Of a stretch of DNA of 64,000 nt, positions 61,027 through 64,000 are shown piece by piece. Position 1 is the first letter of the stretch. Each line of letters begins with the position of its first letter. The notes under the pieces were generated by a model. The model was given only the letters and a program-made list of their open reading frames with translations. It was not told where the DNA came from and did not search any database. The position numbers and the translations under genes are program-made. Source of the stretch: Penicillus capitatus (lineage: Eukaryota > Plantae > Chlorophyta); NCBI GenBank assembly GCA_965649825.1, contig OZ287705.1, forward strand, positions 372,001 to 436,000, in the 5' to 3' direction.

Positions 61027-61825
61027 TCAGGCGTTCACGTCATGCTCGTCCTGGTTTTCGAACATTCCCACGAGACGGTGAAAACGCAAACGGCATTGCG
61101 GATGTATGACTTTGCAGTAGAGTGGTTGATAAAGGTCGATTTCTTGGGCAAACGGGGCAGTCAAAGCAAGGCGGATGCGTATCAGAAGGTTTACATACTT
61201 GACATCCACCAATCCAAAGTAGGGCGAAATGTTATTCAGTCGTGCCGATTTGAATGAGGAGGGTCTCAGCAGGGCCAAGATCTCCGTTACGTTATTCTGG
61301 CAGCTCTGTCTCATCTCGATCTCTACGTAGTCTTCGTCTGGGGGTTTGATGCTGCAGCTGATGACTCTATCGATGACGAATCGCGATGCTTTGTTAAGGG
61401 TGACGTCGAAGCGAAGGCGATTGTCCTGTCCCAGTCTGAAGATGTAAACGGGATGATCGGGTAGGTAGTCGTCAAAGAAACGCAGGACTTCTTGCGTGTC
61501 TTTGAGCTGAAAGGCTTTCGAAGGGTTGTTGGATTTCAAGAAGCACTCGACTTTCATATCCAGCGAAACGTCGTTGTTGAAGGCGAGCTGCCAGGCCCAT
61601 TCTCCCGGGAAGACGTTGTTGGCTGCAGGGGACAGGCAATCATTACACACCTGCTGCACAGGAAACGCGCCGTAGAATGGTTGATGCGGCGCGCCGACTT
61701 ACCGTCTCCGACGCGGGGGTTTTCTTCGAAGCGTCGTTGCCGGCTGGCAGAAGTCGTTCCTGACTGCCTGCCTTTTTCTTCTCCGCGTCGGTTTGATGTA
61801 TGCATCTTTTCACAGAGATGTCCAT
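61027..61825 (-). CDS. Xa2: kinase-less domain X protein, subfamily a (2 exons, 249 aa)
   Basis: ATG 61825 MDISVKRC..KKTPASET| intron |QVCNDCLSP..; 799-nt span identical to Xa1; exon 2 differs from Xa1 at about 43 of 202 aa. Confidence 0.85.
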
Positions 61826-62970
61826 GGAGTGCAGTCTTGCTTCGCAGTGAAATTCAAGGCAAAATGTGCGAAGCGAAGATGAGTTAAGAATGTAAGTGGT
61901 TCATCCACACACGTAGGTTCTGATGTATTTCAAAGACGTACTTTCTCATGTACTTCAACTACGTAGGCTGTTTGAAAACGTCACATCATAACCGAACAGA
62001 GCATCTGGTGTCTCGTTATCCAGAAGAAAAAAAAAAACAACGAACAAGGCCGTTCTGTTTCCAGAGAGCCACCCGGAAGACCGTGTACACCGGGTTGCAT
62101 GCCTGTCTCTGGATGTCCGTATCTCTGCTGTTCTTCCCTCATCGATTGGACGACTTTACGCCTCTGCTTGATGTAAGCGTCGTGCGCGAGACTCGATGCG
62201 TCCATCTTGGCTTTCCATTTGTTGAAGCGGCTTCCTCTGGGGATGGACGTCGTCGAATGGGACATCGAGTGGATGTGCTCATCAGACGAGCAGTCACATC
62301 ACGTGACGCAAACCGATTGTACGATTCTGCAGTAGATTATCGATTCTCGGTTTTCACGAAGTTAGATCGCCAATAATGAATGGCTTGGGGGTATCAAAAC
62401 CTCAGAGGTCTCATTTCTCAGAAGACTGAATCTAGACACCGCGTGCCGGGTAAAGCGCACCAGAAGTTCGCCGCCTTCAATGCTTGTTGCTGCCCAACAG
62501 ACGAAATCCGCTTACGAGGGGCGAAATGCTGGAGGACAGGTGATTGACAACGGCACTTTGGGAGGACAATGAATCAAACGCAAATGAGACTATCAAATAC
62601 AGAGAACTGCAGGACTCGTGTCATGACTTGGTTGGATACGCGGTCCTTCCTTGTCCAGGTGTCTTTCAGCCCACTAGTACACAGCAACTCCTGCTAGGCG
62701 AGATTTTCACGTCGCAATCTGAAAACACATTAGAGTAATATCCAGCACTCAAAGAACTGCTGCCGCCTTCATTATCATCCCAACAGCAGTTGCTGTCACA
62801 TCAAGAGACGCTTGTGCGTCGACCAAGTCACGAACGAGTAATGCTATGATATGACAGCAGGGCGAGAAATACGACGTCCTCATCAGTGCTGATGTTCGAA
62901 CTCCAAGACGTCTGTCTGTCTGTTTACCTGTCCTCTTTTGAAAAAATATACACAGCGTGGGTAAGGCATT

Positions 62971-63640
62971 TCAGAAGGGTAGCAGGAGACAAAGACATAC
63001 GATAAACACAAACACGACAAACGCACTGACCCAACCTGACCCTATGCGGCCGACAGTTCGTCGAGGGGAATTCCATAGCAACGCTCTACCTGCCACCTGA
63101 TCTGAAGTTACCCCGACGACAACGACGCGTACGTGGTTCAGAAGAGAAGTCACTCTATTTCATTCTCTTGTCACTCGACGGCATCGAGCTTCATTTGCCA
63201 TTCTCCGGAGCGCTACTCGATCGAAGAAGCGATCACGCTCTGTTGGAAGAACGTCGTCTTGACCGCAGCAATCTCGAACTCGGACCGGCTTCGCGCGGCG
63301 CACCGATGCGTTAGACAAACAGGATATCATCGCTCAGAGGAAGAGCCAGCTGCTCGCGCATTTGCGAAACACGCCAGAGAGAGATTGCACTTTCCCTCGA
63401 GCCAGAAGCGAGACCTTTCTTCTCTGACGCCGCCACGGAAAGAGAACGCGCCTTTTCAGCTGAACTAAGGAAACGCTCGTGGTAAAGGAGACATTTCCGA
63501 TGCGCTCGACCTGGATGGGGACTCAAACAGACGGCTTGTCTTAGGAGAGAACAGGTTGTCGCTTTAAGTTCTCCATCCACTGGACTCCAGAGACATGTAC
63601 AATAAAGCTCGTGCGAGAGTCGAAAGAAAAGGACGACCGG
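62971..63640 (-). pseudogene. Xb pseudogene (frameshifts and stops)
   Basis: Fragments in different frames match Xb: VHVSGV / LLRQAVC / IQVERIGNVSF / GSRES..LALPLSDDILFV* / FEIAAVKT / VVVGVTSDQV..RRTVGR. Confidence 0.8.
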
Positions 63641-64000
63641 CAGTAAAGTAGAGTTCCTCGATTCTTCTGCACGACGAGCTGTATGCGTCTAGAGTCCGTA
63701 GACAGCGTTGCTGTGGCGTTTTCGAGACAGGTACGATGTTTTCCGTTCGTATAACGCCACTTGTGTCTATCATGCATCCATTTCAGCAAGTGTGTCTGTG
63801 GCACCCTTCTATCAAACGCAAGGTAGTCAAGGTTCAACTCCCGGCGGAAACAGTCTATTGTCACCTCAGATGATCTTCCTCAGGCTCTACTGATGTGACA
63901 CATGCCAAGCAGACCAAACAAGACTGTTATGCACAGAACGAAGTTCTGAGATCCGAATTTGATTTCTTAGCTGGTTTTTCAGAGGCAGTTCACTTTACCT

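Larger units (their letters stand above)
55403..64000 (+). repeat. Direct segmental duplicate of parts of 4050-~15800 (K1 upstream region, K2, r1 element, Xa, Xb)
   Basis: ATCATTGGACGTG..GAGAAGTCACAGTTCGGTGACGTGTGCAG at 4050 and 55403. Collinear similarity continues through K2/K6, then 12.2-14.6 kb vs 59.9-62.5 kb, then Xb vs 63.0-63.6 kb. Confidence 0.9.

Noticed and set aside
1339-63640. True kinesin genes
   Set aside because: No motor-domain motifs (GQTGSGKT, SSRSH, DLAGSE), FHA domain or coiled-coil stalk were seen; only the tail-like domain is present.
1-64000. Non-standard genetic code (TAA/TAG = Gln)
   Set aside because: In-frame stops fall inside plausible GT-AG introns, and genes end at TAA, TAG and TGA at positions consistent between paralogs.
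1-64000. tRNA/rRNA genes, bacterial promoters and terminators
   Set aside because: No cloverleaf or rRNA signature was recognised, and the prokaryotic signal types do not apply.

Overview
Eukaryotic genomic DNA with very short GT-AG introns (the ones I delimited are 43-58 nt), standard genetic code, moderately GC-rich. The lineage cannot be read directly from the sequence; a compact-intron alga or protist is an inference. Most ORFs in the supplied track are exon fragments or antisense shadows. The window is dominated by one gene family built on a ~190-aa all-beta domain that I call 'domain X'. By eye it resembles the kinesin-3 KIF1/KIF13 tail domain DUF3694, but no motor domain is present. 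I find 15 copies: six fused C-terminal to Ser/Thr-kinase-fold domains with degenerate catalytic motifs (K1-K6, sharing five intron positions), eight apparently intact kinase-less copies, and one pseudogene. Two large genes are embedded in the cluster. One is a secreted-ectodomain, Pmp-like beta-helix, multi-pass membrane protein (23.3-29.5 kb). The other is an unusual ~6.9-kb gene encoding six MATH domains followed by five MDM2-like C2H2C4 RING modules, with an in-frame 24-bp x10 minisatellite (37.0-43.9 kb). The right end (55.4-64 kb) is a direct, unevenly diverged duplicate of parts of 4-16 kb. No rRNA, tRNA, CRISPR array or identifiable transposon was found. My working hypothesis (inference) is a fast-evolving receptor / pseudokinase / decoy-domain / E3-ligase cluster.
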